A stretch of DNA of 64,000 nt. Source: Sideroxydans sp. (lineage in GTDB: Bacteria; Pseudomonadota; Gammaproteobacteria; Burkholderiales; Gallionellaceae). The position numbers were made by a program, and so were the translations under genes. Positions 1 through 9,837 of this stretch are shown here, piece by piece. Location: positions 7,391 through 71,390 of the forward strand of contig JAVHQJ010000235.1 in NCBI GenBank assembly GCA_036171075.1. The letters are read 5' to 3'. The notes under the pieces were generated by a model. It had not been told where the DNA came from. It ran no database searches and worked only from the letters and a program-made list of their open reading frames with translations. Each line of letters begins with the position of its first letter. Position 1 is the stretch's first letter.

Positions 1-2
1 AG

Positions 3-1643
3 TATTCGAGATCGACTAATCAACGTATGAAGCTGCATGTAGAGCAACGCAATGAGCTGGTTGGATTCGAGGCGAAACCGACACTTGACCGCGCTACTTT
101 TTTTCCACTCCAAGCGTTAAAAGCGAACGTCTTGCTGACCTTGGCTGATGAGTTTAACGAACGACAAGACGCGATTGCGCTGACCGCTTGGGGCGGGTAT
201 GCAATGAACCCACATGTACTGGTCGAGTTGCCAACGGTATTAAGCGATGGAAAGCCCCAAGATGCTTCCAGAAACATGCGATGGGTGGTCAATCCGATTG
301 AGTTTTTGCGGCGTGCGCTAAAGTTGCCAGACATGCCGGTGCCGGATGTGAGCACGGAAAGCGGTCGGCGCCTGTTGATGGTGCACATGGATGGTGACGG
401 ATTCGCCAGCAAGGGAGAATTCCTTGGCGCACCCTACGGTGCGGAAGTATTGCTTCAGCAGATACTGAAGCAATACTACCTGCCGATGACGATGTCTGTC
501 ATCCAAGGCGAGATCGCCCCCAACGGTCTTTATCCGGCGCAGTCCGCTGTACTGGAGGGCATCGCGCGAGAGATATTCAAGCTACCGCAGGTTGAGATCG
601 CCAGCCATTCTTTTTCGCATCCGTTCCAGTGGAGAAAAGCTGTCGCGAATCCTGAAGAAACGGGATATCGCCTCAAGTTGAAAAATTACGAATTCGATTT
701 GCAGCAAGAAATCAGCGGGTCGATCTCCTACATCGAAAACAGATTGGCGCCTCCCGGAAAAAAAGTAAAAGTGTTCTTGTGGACTGGCGACTGTAATGTC
801 GGCAGCGATGCGCTTGCGATTGCGGCGCAGGACGGTGTCGCGAGCATGAATGGCGGTGACACCACCATCACGCGCAGCTTCCCAACGCTGACGCTGGTTG
901 CCCCGCTGGGCGTGACAAAGGGCGGGCAATTTCAAGTCTATGCGCCCAACCAGAACGAGAATGTCTACACCAATAATTGGCAAGGCCCTTTCTACGGTTA
1001 CGAACGCGCCATCGAAACGTTCGAGATGACCGATGCCCCTTATCGACTGAAGCCAGTCGATATTTATTTCCATACCTATTCTGCCACCAAACCGGCCTCC
1101 CTCAAGGCACTGGACCGCGTGTTCAGGTGGGCGCTGACGCAGCCGCTCACGCCGGTGCATATCTCCGAGTACGTGCGCCAAGTGCGGGACTTCAATCAAA
1201 TGGTGGTGGCGCGCACGCGCGACGGCTGGCTGGTGCGCGGCGCTGACAATTTGCGCGAATTACGTGCACCGCTGTCACTTGGCCGGCCGATGATTGTATC
1301 TGGCGTGGTTGGATATATTGAACTCAAAAACCAGCAATATGTGCACCTTGGCGACAGTGAAGCCATCATCCGCTTCCAGCCCACCACGACTACCGCACCC
1401 TATTTGGTTTCCGCCAATGCGCGGATCGTGCATGCCGTCTCTGGGCAGAATGCAGACGGTCACACATTCGATCTAGCCTTGAGTGGACACGTGCCGCTGC
1501 AATTCGATTTATCCCTAGGCAACCGTTGCAGCGTATTCGCCGAAGGGCGGACGATGCGGCCTGCCTCAACACGTAACGGCATCAGTCATTTCTCCACGCC
1601 CAACCATGTCATCGACGAGCTACGGATTTACTGCCCGCGCTAA
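3..1643 (+). CDS. pelA: PelA (C-terminal carbohydrate-esterase/deacetylase part); 5' end lies upstream of the window
   Basis: Frame is open from position 3. Motifs HMDGDG, EIASHSFSHP, WTGDC, NENVYTN, YFHTYS. First gene of a pelA-G series. Confidence 0.92.
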   Translation, partial: YSRSTNQRMKLHVEQRNELVGFEAKPTLDRATFFPLQALKANVLLTLADEFNERQDAIALTAWGGYAMNPHVLVELPTVLSDGKPQDASRNMRWVVNPIEFLRRALKLPDMPVPDVSTESGRRLLMVHMDGDGFASKGEFLGAPYGAEVLLQQILKQYYLPMTMSVIQGEIAPNGLYPAQSAVLEGIAREIFKLPQVEIASHSFSHPFQWRKAVANPEETGYRLKLKNYEFDLQQEISGSISYIENRLAPPGKKVKVFLWTGDCNVGSDALAIAAQDGVASMNGGDTTITRSFPTLTLVAPLGVTKGGQFQVYAPNQNENVYTNNWQGPFYGYERAIETFEMTDAPYRLKPVDIYFHTYSATKPASLKALDRVFRWALTQPLTPVHISEYVRQVRDFNQMVVARTRDGWLVRGADNLRELRAPLSLGRPMIVSGVVGYIELKNQQYVHLGDSEAIIRFQPTTTTAPYLVSANARIVHAVSGQNADGHTFDLALSGHVPLQFDLSLGNRCSVFAEGRTMRPASTRNGISHFSTPNHVIDELRIYCPR

Positions 1644-4600
1644 TCAGACGCACCTGCGGCCGAAACTGATGTCCGTGTGGACAACGGCTGGGTTCGCTCT
1701 GATGGTGATGATCCCGCTGGTGATGATCTTTCCCAAACAGGCTCTGCTGCAGCAGGTGTCGCAGCAAAAGCTGGGCGACCCGCTCACCGTGAACTATCTG
1801 AGCAACCTGCTGAGGGCCGATCCGGCCAGTCTGGAGCTGCGCTTGCTGCTGGTCGAGCACCGGATGTTCCTGCACGAATATGACGGCATGCAAGCATTGC
1901 TCGATCCAGTGATTCAAAGCAAATCCGCCGCTTGGCAGGCAAAGGGGATGCTGGCCGAATATAAGTTTCTGACCAGCCGCTTCTTGATGAGTGCATCCGC
2001 TTCCCCGCAACGTGCGGAGCTGCGCCGCCGCCGTAGCGATGTGCTGTTGCAGTTGCATCGTTTGCAGTGGCCGTTGCCGACTCTGGTCTATCTGGCTGGA
2101 CAGGCGGAGCAATTGGGTGAGCATGGCATTACTACCCTGTTGTATCAGCGCATAGTCGATTCTTCCGCACGCATGTCTGCGGACGGTTTTTCCGCCATGG
2201 CGTACCAGATGCTGGGTGAAGGCAATTATGAATTGTCGGCCCATCTGTATTTCATCGCGCGTCACAAGGCCAGCACACTCGCCAAGCAGCGCAAATATTT
2301 TTTGGCCGGGGTGAATGCGCTGATCTCGGGCAATTTGCTGGTCAAGGCGATGCAGAGCATCGACCGTCATGTGGGTGCGCTGGAAAGCGATTCCGAAACG
2401 CTGTATGCCTTGATCAAGGCCGCGCGCGCGGCAAACGATCAGCCGCGTGCCGTTCGCTATGCAAAACATTTATTGAATATCGCATGGCTGAGCTTGCCGG
2501 TCGTGGCCTGGTTGCAGCAGGTGGATATGGGCTGGCTCGGCATTGCCAACGCGGATGCGGCTGACGAAATGCCGCAGGCCAAGTCGTCCAAAATTCGTCG
2601 CTACGTCAAGAAAGAGTATGAGCTTGCCTACCAGGTGTTCATTGAAAACCGAAATCTGGAGGAGGCTTACCGCGTCGCCGCCGCCGCCGTGCGCCAGTCG
2701 CCGGCCGAAGCGGTTTGGCATCATCGCTTGGCGCAGGTCGCCGAATGGACCGGACGCGTTGAAGAGGCTTTGCGCGAATGGCGCTGGACGTTACGCGATC
2801 ACGAAACCTTGGAAGCGCTGGCTGGCATACTGCGACTGGCACCGTCCCTAAACGAATACGATTTGCTGCTTAATGCATGGAAGCGGGTTGCGACCATGCA
2901 GGAAATGGATGCTGCACAATGGGAAAACATGGCCGTCTTGTTCGAGTTGACCGGACGTCAGCGTGAAGGGATACGTTTTTTCCGGCAGCGTTATGCTAAC
3001 GACCATGAGCAATTACAACTGGAGATAGCAGCACGCCTAGCCGAGCGAGGCGGAGACGATGTTCTGGCGATTGCGCTGTATGAAGATTTGCTGGAGCGGC
3101 ATGGAAGCCATAGTGAATGGCATATGAAACTCGCCAATCTGTATTTGCGCAAAGGACAATATCGCAAAGCGTATGACTTATTGCAGGCTAACCGCAAGAG
3201 CGTGAAGGAAGATGACATCGACTACTGGAAGTTGCTGGCCATCCTAGCTTGGCAGTTGCAGCAGGATGCTGACGCCAAAAAGAGTTTTCAGCGTCTAGCC
3301 AAAGAGGGCAACCTAGCGCGCGAGGATTTCAGTCGGTTGATCTATTTGTTGGGCGATTCACGGCCCGCAGAAAAAGCGGCGCTCGCCGAATTGTCCTATC
3401 GCCGTTACGGCGAGCGCGACATGCTGCTGCTGGCACTTGACTTGAATGCGGCGCAGGGCGATATGCCAGCGCAAAAACGGCTGTTCAAACTGGCTGCCAT
3501 GGATCGCCGTGTGGATTTGTCTAACAATGCGCGTTTCTATCAATTGCGTGCGCAATACCAGCTGGCACAAGGCGAGTTTGCGGCGGCACGCAAGGATTTC
3601 CATCAGGCAGTCAGCATCGCGCCTTATGTGTCCGCCGACGTGGAAAACCGCCTCTGGTTCCTGATCAATAGTCACGACCTTGCTGGTTTGCGCGTCATGC
3701 TGGCGCAAGTAATGGCTCATGGAGATCAAAATAATCCAGCCTACTGGGGTGTTCTGGCAGCTTCCTATCAGTCGCTGGACCAATCGGTGCGCGCGGTCGC
3801 TTATTACACCCGCCAGTTCAGGCAGGGCGGACAGGATTTTCTGTGGCTGATGGGCTACGCCGATGCGCTGGAACAGGTGCGGCAGGCGGGTATGGCGGCC
3901 CGCGTGCGGCGCCACGCATGGTTGCAGGTGCGCGAACGCGTTTCTGGCAAGGCCTCGGGGGTGTTGTATTCGCCAGAGATGCTGGCTGCTGCGCAGTTGG
4001 CCATGCAAAACGATCCCGGCGATTCCGCTTTTGCGCTGGTGCGTGAGGTGCTGCGTCAAGATAGGTTGCTCAAACAAGATGAAGTGCAGCGGCGCAAGAT
4101 CGACGGCATGTCTTTGGCGATGAGTCTCTCGCTCAACGCGTACGACGATGAGGCTGAACGCCGAGTGAGCGAGCTGGTATTGGGATGGACGGTTTCCCAA
4201 GAGCAATCCACCAATGCCAAGGCTTGGTTGTGGCGTCGCTATGCGCGATCGCTGAACCGTCCGTTGTGGGCGGAAGCCTCTATGGCTACGGCAGAGCAAG
4301 ATACGGAACAGCTCGCGGCATTGCTGGATGAGCAGGGGGAGGGGCTGGCCCTGCTGACGCGTCACGATGCGGCGAATGCGGTAGGTCGGTTCGGCGAGGC
4401 GCAATCCATCATTTACTGGGGGCTGTCTGACAATCCAGAGAGCGACGATATCCATCAGCGTTTTTCCGAAGACATGCTGGCTGCCGCAAGTGAACTCGAT
4501 GTCGGATGGCGCACTGAACAGGTCGGCGGTTTGCATCGCATGGTCCGTCAAGTGAGTGTCGAGATGCCGCTTGTGCGCGCGGTGCGCATGGGGGCCGAAT

Positions 4601-5364
4601 ACCGCAAGGCACAACAAAGAAACGAAGAGCCGTCGGCCTTCGGCACTGTGCCGCCGGCGGAGCGCGTGACGGGGCTGTGGCTCAAATACCGGTGGAACAC
4701 TGGCGAAACCGAGTTCGCGTTGCGGCGCAGGAACGAATACGCCGCCACGACGGAGGCGCATCTGATCCACGCAATGAAAATTGCGCCGCGAATGAACCTG
4801 CAACTGGGGGTCGAATTTAATACCGCCGCCACCGAATCCAACGTGTTGCAACTGTTCGGCATGCGTAACCAGTTTGCTGCCAGCGTGCACTACACCTTTA
4901 GCAAGCGCGAATATCTGCAAGTGGAATCGGCATGGGCAAACTACCGCACGCAGGACGGTGCGGGTATGGGCAGCGGCAAGCGGCTGTCCTGGGAACTTGG
5001 CTATCGGGCGCGTAGCGCCTATCCAGATTTGACTGTGCGCGTGAACGGCACCCACACCCGCTTCGCGCAAAGTGCGATCCCAGCATTGGCACTGCCCGGT
5101 GATGCGAACGTGTATGGGGTGTGCGGCGGCTTCGGCGACGGCGTGCGTGACGCCTACACGCGGGCTTGGCGGCCTTATGCGGGTACCTGCTTCACCCGCA
5201 ATGCCGTAACTGGGCAAGGCTATAATGCGACGCTTGGTTTGGCGGGTTCAGTCATCGGTCTCGATCAACTTTCTTTCACATTGCGGCAGGAGCGTGGCGG
5301 TGCAAATCTTATCAACGGTTTGAGCCACGAATTCGCGTTGAACTATCGTCGGTATTTTGATTGA
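1606..5364 (+). CDS. pelB: PelB, TPR-repeat/outer-membrane beta-barrel Pel export protein
   Basis: 1252 aa; N-terminal TM, helical TPR-like body (LAQVAEWTG), C-terminal beta-strand region ending YRRYFD; lies between pelA and pelC. Confidence 0.88.
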   Translation: MSSTSYGFTARANQTHLRPKLMSVWTTAGFALMVMIPLVMIFPKQALLQQVSQQKLGDPLTVNYLSNLLRADPASLELRLLLVEHRMFLHEYDGMQALLDPVIQSKSAAWQAKGMLAEYKFLTSRFLMSASASPQRAELRRRRSDVLLQLHRLQWPLPTLVYLAGQAEQLGEHGITTLLYQRIVDSSARMSADGFSAMAYQMLGEGNYELSAHLYFIARHKASTLAKQRKYFLAGVNALISGNLLVKAMQSIDRHVGALESDSETLYALIKAARAANDQPRAVRYAKHLLNIAWLSLPVVAWLQQVDMGWLGIANADAADEMPQAKSSKIRRYVKKEYELAYQVFIENRNLEEAYRVAAAAVRQSPAEAVWHHRLAQVAEWTGRVEEALREWRWTLRDHETLEALAGILRLAPSLNEYDLLLNAWKRVATMQEMDAAQWENMAVLFELTGRQREGIRFFRQRYANDHEQLQLEIAARLAERGGDDVLAIALYEDLLERHGSHSEWHMKLANLYLRKGQYRKAYDLLQANRKSVKEDDIDYWKLLAILAWQLQQDADAKKSFQRLAKEGNLAREDFSRLIYLLGDSRPAEKAALAELSYRRYGERDMLLLALDLNAAQGDMPAQKRLFKLAAMDRRVDLSNNARFYQLRAQYQLAQGEFAAARKDFHQAVSIAPYVSADVENRLWFLINSHDLAGLRVMLAQVMAHGDQNNPAYWGVLAASYQSLDQSVRAVAYYTRQFRQGGQDFLWLMGYADALEQVRQAGMAARVRRHAWLQVRERVSGKASGVLYSPEMLAAAQLAMQNDPGDSAFALVREVLRQDRLLKQDEVQRRKIDGMSLAMSLSLNAYDDEAERRVSELVLGWTVSQEQSTNAKAWLWRRYARSLNRPLWAEASMATAEQDTEQLAALLDEQGEGLALLTRHDAANAVGRFGEAQSIIYWGLSDNPESDDIHQRFSEDMLAAASELDVGWRTEQVGGLHRMVRQVSVEMPLVRAVRMGAEYRKAQQRNEEPSAFGTVPPAERVTGLWLKYRWNTGETEFALRRRNEYAATTEAHLIHAMKIAPRMNLQLGVEFNTAATESNVLQLFGMRNQFAASVHYTFSKREYLQVESAWANYRTQDGAGMGSGKRLSWELGYRARSAYPDLTVRVNGTHTRFAQSAIPALALPGDANVYGVCGGFGDGVRDAYTRAWRPYAGTCFTRNAVTGQGYNATLGLAGSVIGLDQLSFTLRQERGGANLINGLSHEFALNYRRYFD

Positions 5365-5402
5365 ACGATGATTTCTATTTACAACTTTGACCAGAGGAAA
5401 AA

Positions 5403-5930
5403 ATGAAAATCTGCAAATTAGGCATCCTGCTTGCACTGTCCATGCTCACTTCGTGCGCTGTGTTGGATCAATCAACTGCCACGACACCATTGGCGCGCAA
5501 TGCAAAATGGGGATTGCTACCGATCGTCAACCACACCGAAGTACCGCAGGCGGGATTGCGCGCGGAAGCGATTACCGAAGTGTTGTTGCGCACGGATGGC
5601 GTCAGCAACCTGCAACGTTATCCGGCGCTGCTTAACCAGGACAGCTTGTTTGAACCGGCGGAACGCAAAGTGGTGGAAGATGCACTGGTTTGGGCGCGCG
5701 GTCAGGGTGTACGCTATGCGGTGACGGGTGCCGTGGAAGAGTGGCATTACAAAGTCGGCATTGACGGAGAGCCCGCAGTCGGCATGACCATGCAGATCAT
5801 TGATCTCAAGGATGGCGCTCCCGTGGTGTGGAGCTCGGCGGCCAGTCAAAGTGGATGGAGTCGCGAAGCGTTGAGCGCGGTCGCGCAGAAGCTGATCAAG
5901 AGCATGTTGTCCGAAGTGCCGCTAGAGTAA
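5403..5930 (+). CDS. pelC: PelC outer-membrane lipoprotein
   Basis: Lipobox LTSC; motifs PQAGLRAE and VEEWHYKVGIDGEPAVG. Confidence 0.92.
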   Translation: MKICKLGILLALSMLTSCAVLDQSTATTPLARNAKWGLLPIVNHTEVPQAGLRAEAITEVLLRTDGVSNLQRYPALLNQDSLFEPAERKVVEDALVWARGQGVRYAVTGAVEEWHYKVGIDGEPAVGMTMQIIDLKDGAPVVWSSAASQSGWSREALSAVAQKLIKSMLSEVPLE

Positions 5931-5936
5931 TCATCC

Positions 5937-7274
5937 GTGAGACATAGCCGCGACAACTTGATCGAACGCTTCCGTCAGGTGGCGGCACCATTGCGCCAGC
6001 ATCGTTGGGTGTGGCTGGAAACCGTGGCCATTACCTTTGGTGCGGTCGGGGTCGGCATCTTCTTTCAACATAACAATCCGTTCCAGGTCGGCGGCGAGTT
6101 TCCGTGGATATGGTTGGCACCAGTATTGGTTGCATTGCGCTACGGCGTGGCACCGGGCTTTGTTTCGTCACTGCTGTTGATTGCCCTATGGCAATGGATG
6201 GATTACCTGTTGGAGACGCATGAGCTATTCCCTGAGCAGTTCTTTTTGGGCGGCCTGATCCTCGTGCTGGTGTGCGGCGAATTCAGCGCCGCTTGGAGCA
6301 CGCGTTTGCGCCGCGCGGAAGAGACGAATCAGTATCTGGACGAGCGTTTGAGCCGCATCACTTTACGCCATCTGTTGCTGCGTCTTTCGCACGACCGCAT
6401 GGAACAGGAGATTCTCACCAAGCCGATTACGCTACGCGATGCCTTGGCCGGCCTGCGTCAATTGACGGTCGAGCAAGGCGACACCCGCCTACCTGCGGCA
6501 GTGCCGTTGTTGCAGTTGTTGACGCAATACTGCCAACTGGAATCGGCGGCGATCTTTGTGCCTATGGATGATGGCGGCTATACGCGCGTCAGCGCGGTGG
6601 GTGAACCCCCTGACTTGTTGGCTGCTGATCCCCTGCTGCGCTATGCACTGGAACAGAAAACCTTGTCTCACCTGCAGATTGAGAGCGTGGCGGAAGGCGC
6701 ATTGGCGTCCCCCTATCTGGTGGTGGCGCCTATCCTGACCGGCGAAAAGACCATGCTGGGAGTGCTTGCCATCGAACGTATGCCGTTTTTGGCGCTGAAC
6801 GCGGAAAATCTGCAGATGCTGTCGGTGATGCTGGGTTACTACGCGGATTGCGTGAATGATGCCGAGAGTACACGTCAGTTCAAGACGGTACTGCCCGACG
6901 CGCCCGCCGATTTTGCGGCGGAGTTTTCCCGTCTGCTGCACATGCAACGCGCCTTCGGCATCAATAGTTACATCGTCGCGCTGCCTTTCGACAATGATGA
7001 GCACGGCCGACAGGCGGTCGCCAACTTGACCCGCACCCAGCGCGGGCTGGATGTCGTCTGGCAAGTCAATATTGGAGACCGTATTTGGACGGTGACCTTG
7101 ATGCCGCTGGCGAACCAAGCGGCGGCGGAGGGCTATTTACTGCGTATCGAGAGTGTGCTGCAGGACTTCATCCAGATCGGACTGGAGGTATGGCGGCTGA
7201 CGCCGATTCGCATCGGGCTGGAAGAAGAAGATCCGCTGGCGTCCTTGAAAAAAATTCTGATGGCAAAGGCATGA
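5937..7274 (+). CDS. pelD: PelD c-di-GMP receptor (TM-GAF-degenerate GGDEF)
   Basis: N-terminal TMs (FPWIWLAPVLVALRYG), LRLSHDRMEQ, and RxxD I-site RGLD. Confidence 0.92.
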   Translation: MRHSRDNLIERFRQVAAPLRQHRWVWLETVAITFGAVGVGIFFQHNNPFQVGGEFPWIWLAPVLVALRYGVAPGFVSSLLLIALWQWMDYLLETHELFPEQFFLGGLILVLVCGEFSAAWSTRLRRAEETNQYLDERLSRITLRHLLLRLSHDRMEQEILTKPITLRDALAGLRQLTVEQGDTRLPAAVPLLQLLTQYCQLESAAIFVPMDDGGYTRVSAVGEPPDLLAADPLLRYALEQKTLSHLQIESVAEGALASPYLVVAPILTGEKTMLGVLAIERMPFLALNAENLQMLSVMLGYYADCVNDAESTRQFKTVLPDAPADFAAEFSRLLHMQRAFGINSYIVALPFDNDEHGRQAVANLTRTQRGLDVVWQVNIGDRIWTVTLMPLANQAAAEGYLLRIESVLQDFIQIGLEVWRLTPIRIGLEEEDPLASLKKILMAKA

Positions 7275-8320
7275 TCAAAGCTCTGTTAGTGACGCTGGTG
7301 CTGATATTCGCGCTGGTACTAGAAATATCCGCCTTAACCTTGCTGTGGCTGGGCAGCACCCAAGATCAAGTGCTGCTCGACTTCCTAATGCAGCACGCGG
7401 CGGCCAGTGTGTTGTTGGTCGGCGGCGGCTGGTATTTCATGCCAAAAAAATTCCGCCATCCCCGTTGGCCGATGTTGTTGCTGCTGTTCAACGTTGTTTT
7501 CTTCATGCCGGTGCTTGGCGGGATCGGCATTTTTGTGGCAGGGTGGATCGCCGGCTATCGCCGCCGCGATAAGATATTGCACCCGTTCAGCAAGTTGGTT
7601 CTGCCTGAGTTTGTCCTGTCGTTGCGCGAGCCGGAGATGAAATTCAGTCAGGGCGAGATCAAATCCCGTTTGGCGCACGCGTCCATTCCGACCGCGCGGC
7701 GCTTGCAATCGCTGCTTGCCTTGCAGGGTATTCCGGCGCGCGTTTCCAGCCCCTTGCTGCAGGGCATGCTGGGTGATTCGGCGGACGATATCCGGCTGGT
7801 TGCCTACGGTCTGCTTGACAGTCGCGAAAAGAAGATCACCGCGCAGATACATCGTGAGCTGATCAATCTGAAGGGCGCGGCGGGCAAGGAGATGCAGTTG
7901 ATCGCTGACAAGCAGCTGGCCGAACTGTATTGGGAGCTAGTCTATGCCGGATTGGCGCAGGGCGATTTGCGCATCCACTCACTGAATCAGGCCATGACTT
8001 ACGCGGATGCCGCGCTGCAGATCGCGGAGCGCGATACGGGCATGCTGTTTCTCAAGGGGCGCATTCTGCACCAATTGAAAAAACACGAAGCGGCGCATCA
8101 GATGCTGCGCTTGGCGATGGAATATGGATTGCCTGAATTCCGCGCCTTGCCCTATATTGTCGAGATCGCATTCGACCAGGGCGATTACGCCGCCGTGCAG
8201 CGCAAACTGGCACGCCTCTCCACCTCACAGATCACGCCGATGATGAAGAATTCGATCAACTTCTGGGTGCCCAAGCCAGAAGAATCATTACCGACCCTAT
8301 CGAAAGAATACGCAATATGA
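7271..8320 (+). CDS. pelE: PelE inner-membrane TPR protein
   Basis: ATG at 7271 overlaps the pelD stop (ATGA); TMs, then DDIRLVAYGLLD and LAELYWELVY. Confidence 0.9.
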   Translation: MIKALLVTLVLIFALVLEISALTLLWLGSTQDQVLLDFLMQHAAASVLLVGGGWYFMPKKFRHPRWPMLLLLFNVVFFMPVLGGIGIFVAGWIAGYRRRDKILHPFSKLVLPEFVLSLREPEMKFSQGEIKSRLAHASIPTARRLQSLLALQGIPARVSSPLLQGMLGDSADDIRLVAYGLLDSREKKITAQIHRELINLKGAAGKEMQLIADKQLAELYWELVYAGLAQGDLRIHSLNQAMTYADAALQIAERDTGMLFLKGRILHQLKKHEAAHQMLRLAMEYGLPEFRALPYIVEIAFDQGDYAAVQRKLARLSTSQITPMMKNSINFWVPKPEESLPTLSKEYAI

Positions 8321-9837
8321 ATTTTCCCCGCGCCGAAAGCGCTGACATCGGCCTGCTGCTGGAAGGTACTTTTCCCTACGTTTCGGGCGGTGTGTCGAGC
8401 TGGGTCAACCAGATCATCCGCGGTTTTCCGCATTACAAGTTTGCGCTGGTATTCATCGGCAGCCAGCCAGAGGATTACGGCGACATCAAATATGCGCTGC
8501 CGGACAACGTCGTGCATCTGGAAGTTCATTACCTGAACAACAAACAGGAAATGCCGCCGGTGCGGCCACGCAAAGGCGATACCAAGGTTTTTGCCGATGT
8601 TCGTCATATGCATGAATGCTTCCGTTTTCCCGCCACGCACAAGGATGGTCTGGAGACTTTCCGCAAACTCATTCCCGAGATGCACGAAGGCGGCGGGGCA
8701 GGGTTGGATACTTTTTTGTACAGCGAGGAATCCTGGGCATTTGTCAAAGAAAAATACCAGCAGCATTGCAGCGACCCGTCCTTCGTCGATTACTTCTGGA
8801 CCGTGCGTTCCATGCACACGCCAGTATGGATGCTGGCCGAGATCGCGCGCAACTTTATCCCGGTGCGCGCCTTCCACACCGTATCCACGGGTTACGCCGG
8901 TCTGCTTGGCGCGTTGTTGAAAGAGCGCACCGGCTGTCCGCTGATCTTGTCCGAACATGGCATCTACACCAAGGAACGCAAGATTGATCTGTTCCAGGCG
9001 CAGTGGGTGCGCGACAACCGCAACGTGTTCCAGCGCGACCCGACCGAGATCAGCTATTTCCGCCAGTTGTGGATACGCTTCTTCCAAGCGCTGGGCACGC
9101 GCTGCTACGACAGTTCCGACCATATCGTGGCGCTGTTCGAGGCCAACCGCCTGCGGCAGGTAGAGGATGGCGCACCCGCCGAGCGTACCTGCAACATCCC
9201 CAACGGCGTCAACGTGCCGCGCTTCGCTGCCTTGCGCGCGCTGCGTCCTGCTTCGCCACCACCCGTGCTGTGCCTGATCGGGCGCGTGGTGCCGATTAAG
9301 GACATCAAGACCTACATCCGCGCCATGCGCACGATTGTTAACCGCATGCCGCAAGCCGAGGGCTGGATTGCTGGGCCGGAAGACGAGGATCCCGATTACG
9401 TCGCCGAATGTCGCGATCTGGTCGATGGTCTGGGGCTGAACGACAACGTAAAATTCCTTGGCTTTCAGCAGATGACGGAGTTGCTGCCCAAGGTTGGGCT
9501 GGGCGTATTGAGTTCGATCAGTGAGGGGCTGCCGCTGGTGATACTGGAAGGATTCGCCGCTGGCGTGCCCGCCGTTAGTACCGACGTCGGTTCCTGCCGC
9601 CAGTTGATTTACGGGCTGGACGAGGCAGATCGGGCGCTAGGTGCGGCTGGTTGCATCGTCGGTATCGCCGATCCGCAGGCGCTGGCGGAAGCTGCGCTGG
9701 AACTGCTGGGCGACGAGGCTGCCTGGCGTGCGGCGAGCGAAGCAGGTATCAAACGGGTCGAGACCTATTACACGCAGGAACGTATGTTCGACAGCTATCG
9801 CGCGATCTATGAAGAGGCTTTGTCATGGCAGGCATAG
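8317..9837 (+). CDS. pelF: PelF GT4 glycosyltransferase
   Basis: EGTFPYVSGGVSSW, STGYAG, EHGIYTKER, GRVVPIKD, SISEGLPLV. Confidence 0.96.
   Translation: MNFPRAESADIGLLLEGTFPYVSGGVSSWVNQIIRGFPHYKFALVFIGSQPEDYGDIKYALPDNVVHLEVHYLNNKQEMPPVRPRKGDTKVFADVRHMHECFRFPATHKDGLETFRKLIPEMHEGGGAGLDTFLYSEESWAFVKEKYQQHCSDPSFVDYFWTVRSMHTPVWMLAEIARNFIPVRAFHTVSTGYAGLLGALLKERTGCPLILSEHGIYTKERKIDLFQAQWVRDNRNVFQRDPTEISYFRQLWIRFFQALGTRCYDSSDHIVALFEANRLRQVEDGAPAERTCNIPNGVNVPRFAALRALRPASPPPVLCLIGRVVPIKDIKTYIRAMRTIVNRMPQAEGWIAGPEDEDPDYVAECRDLVDGLGLNDNVKFLGFQQMTELLPKVGLGVLSSISEGLPLVILEGFAAGVPAVSTDVGSCRQLIYGLDEADRALGAAGCIVGIADPQALAEAALELLGDEAAWRAASEAGIKRVETYYTQERMFDSYRAIYEEALSWQA

Noticed and set aside
3358-5217. 619-aa antisense ORF (likewise 8185-9354 and 12375-13274)
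   Set aside because: Shadow ORFs opposite well-supported GC-rich genes, with no motifs.
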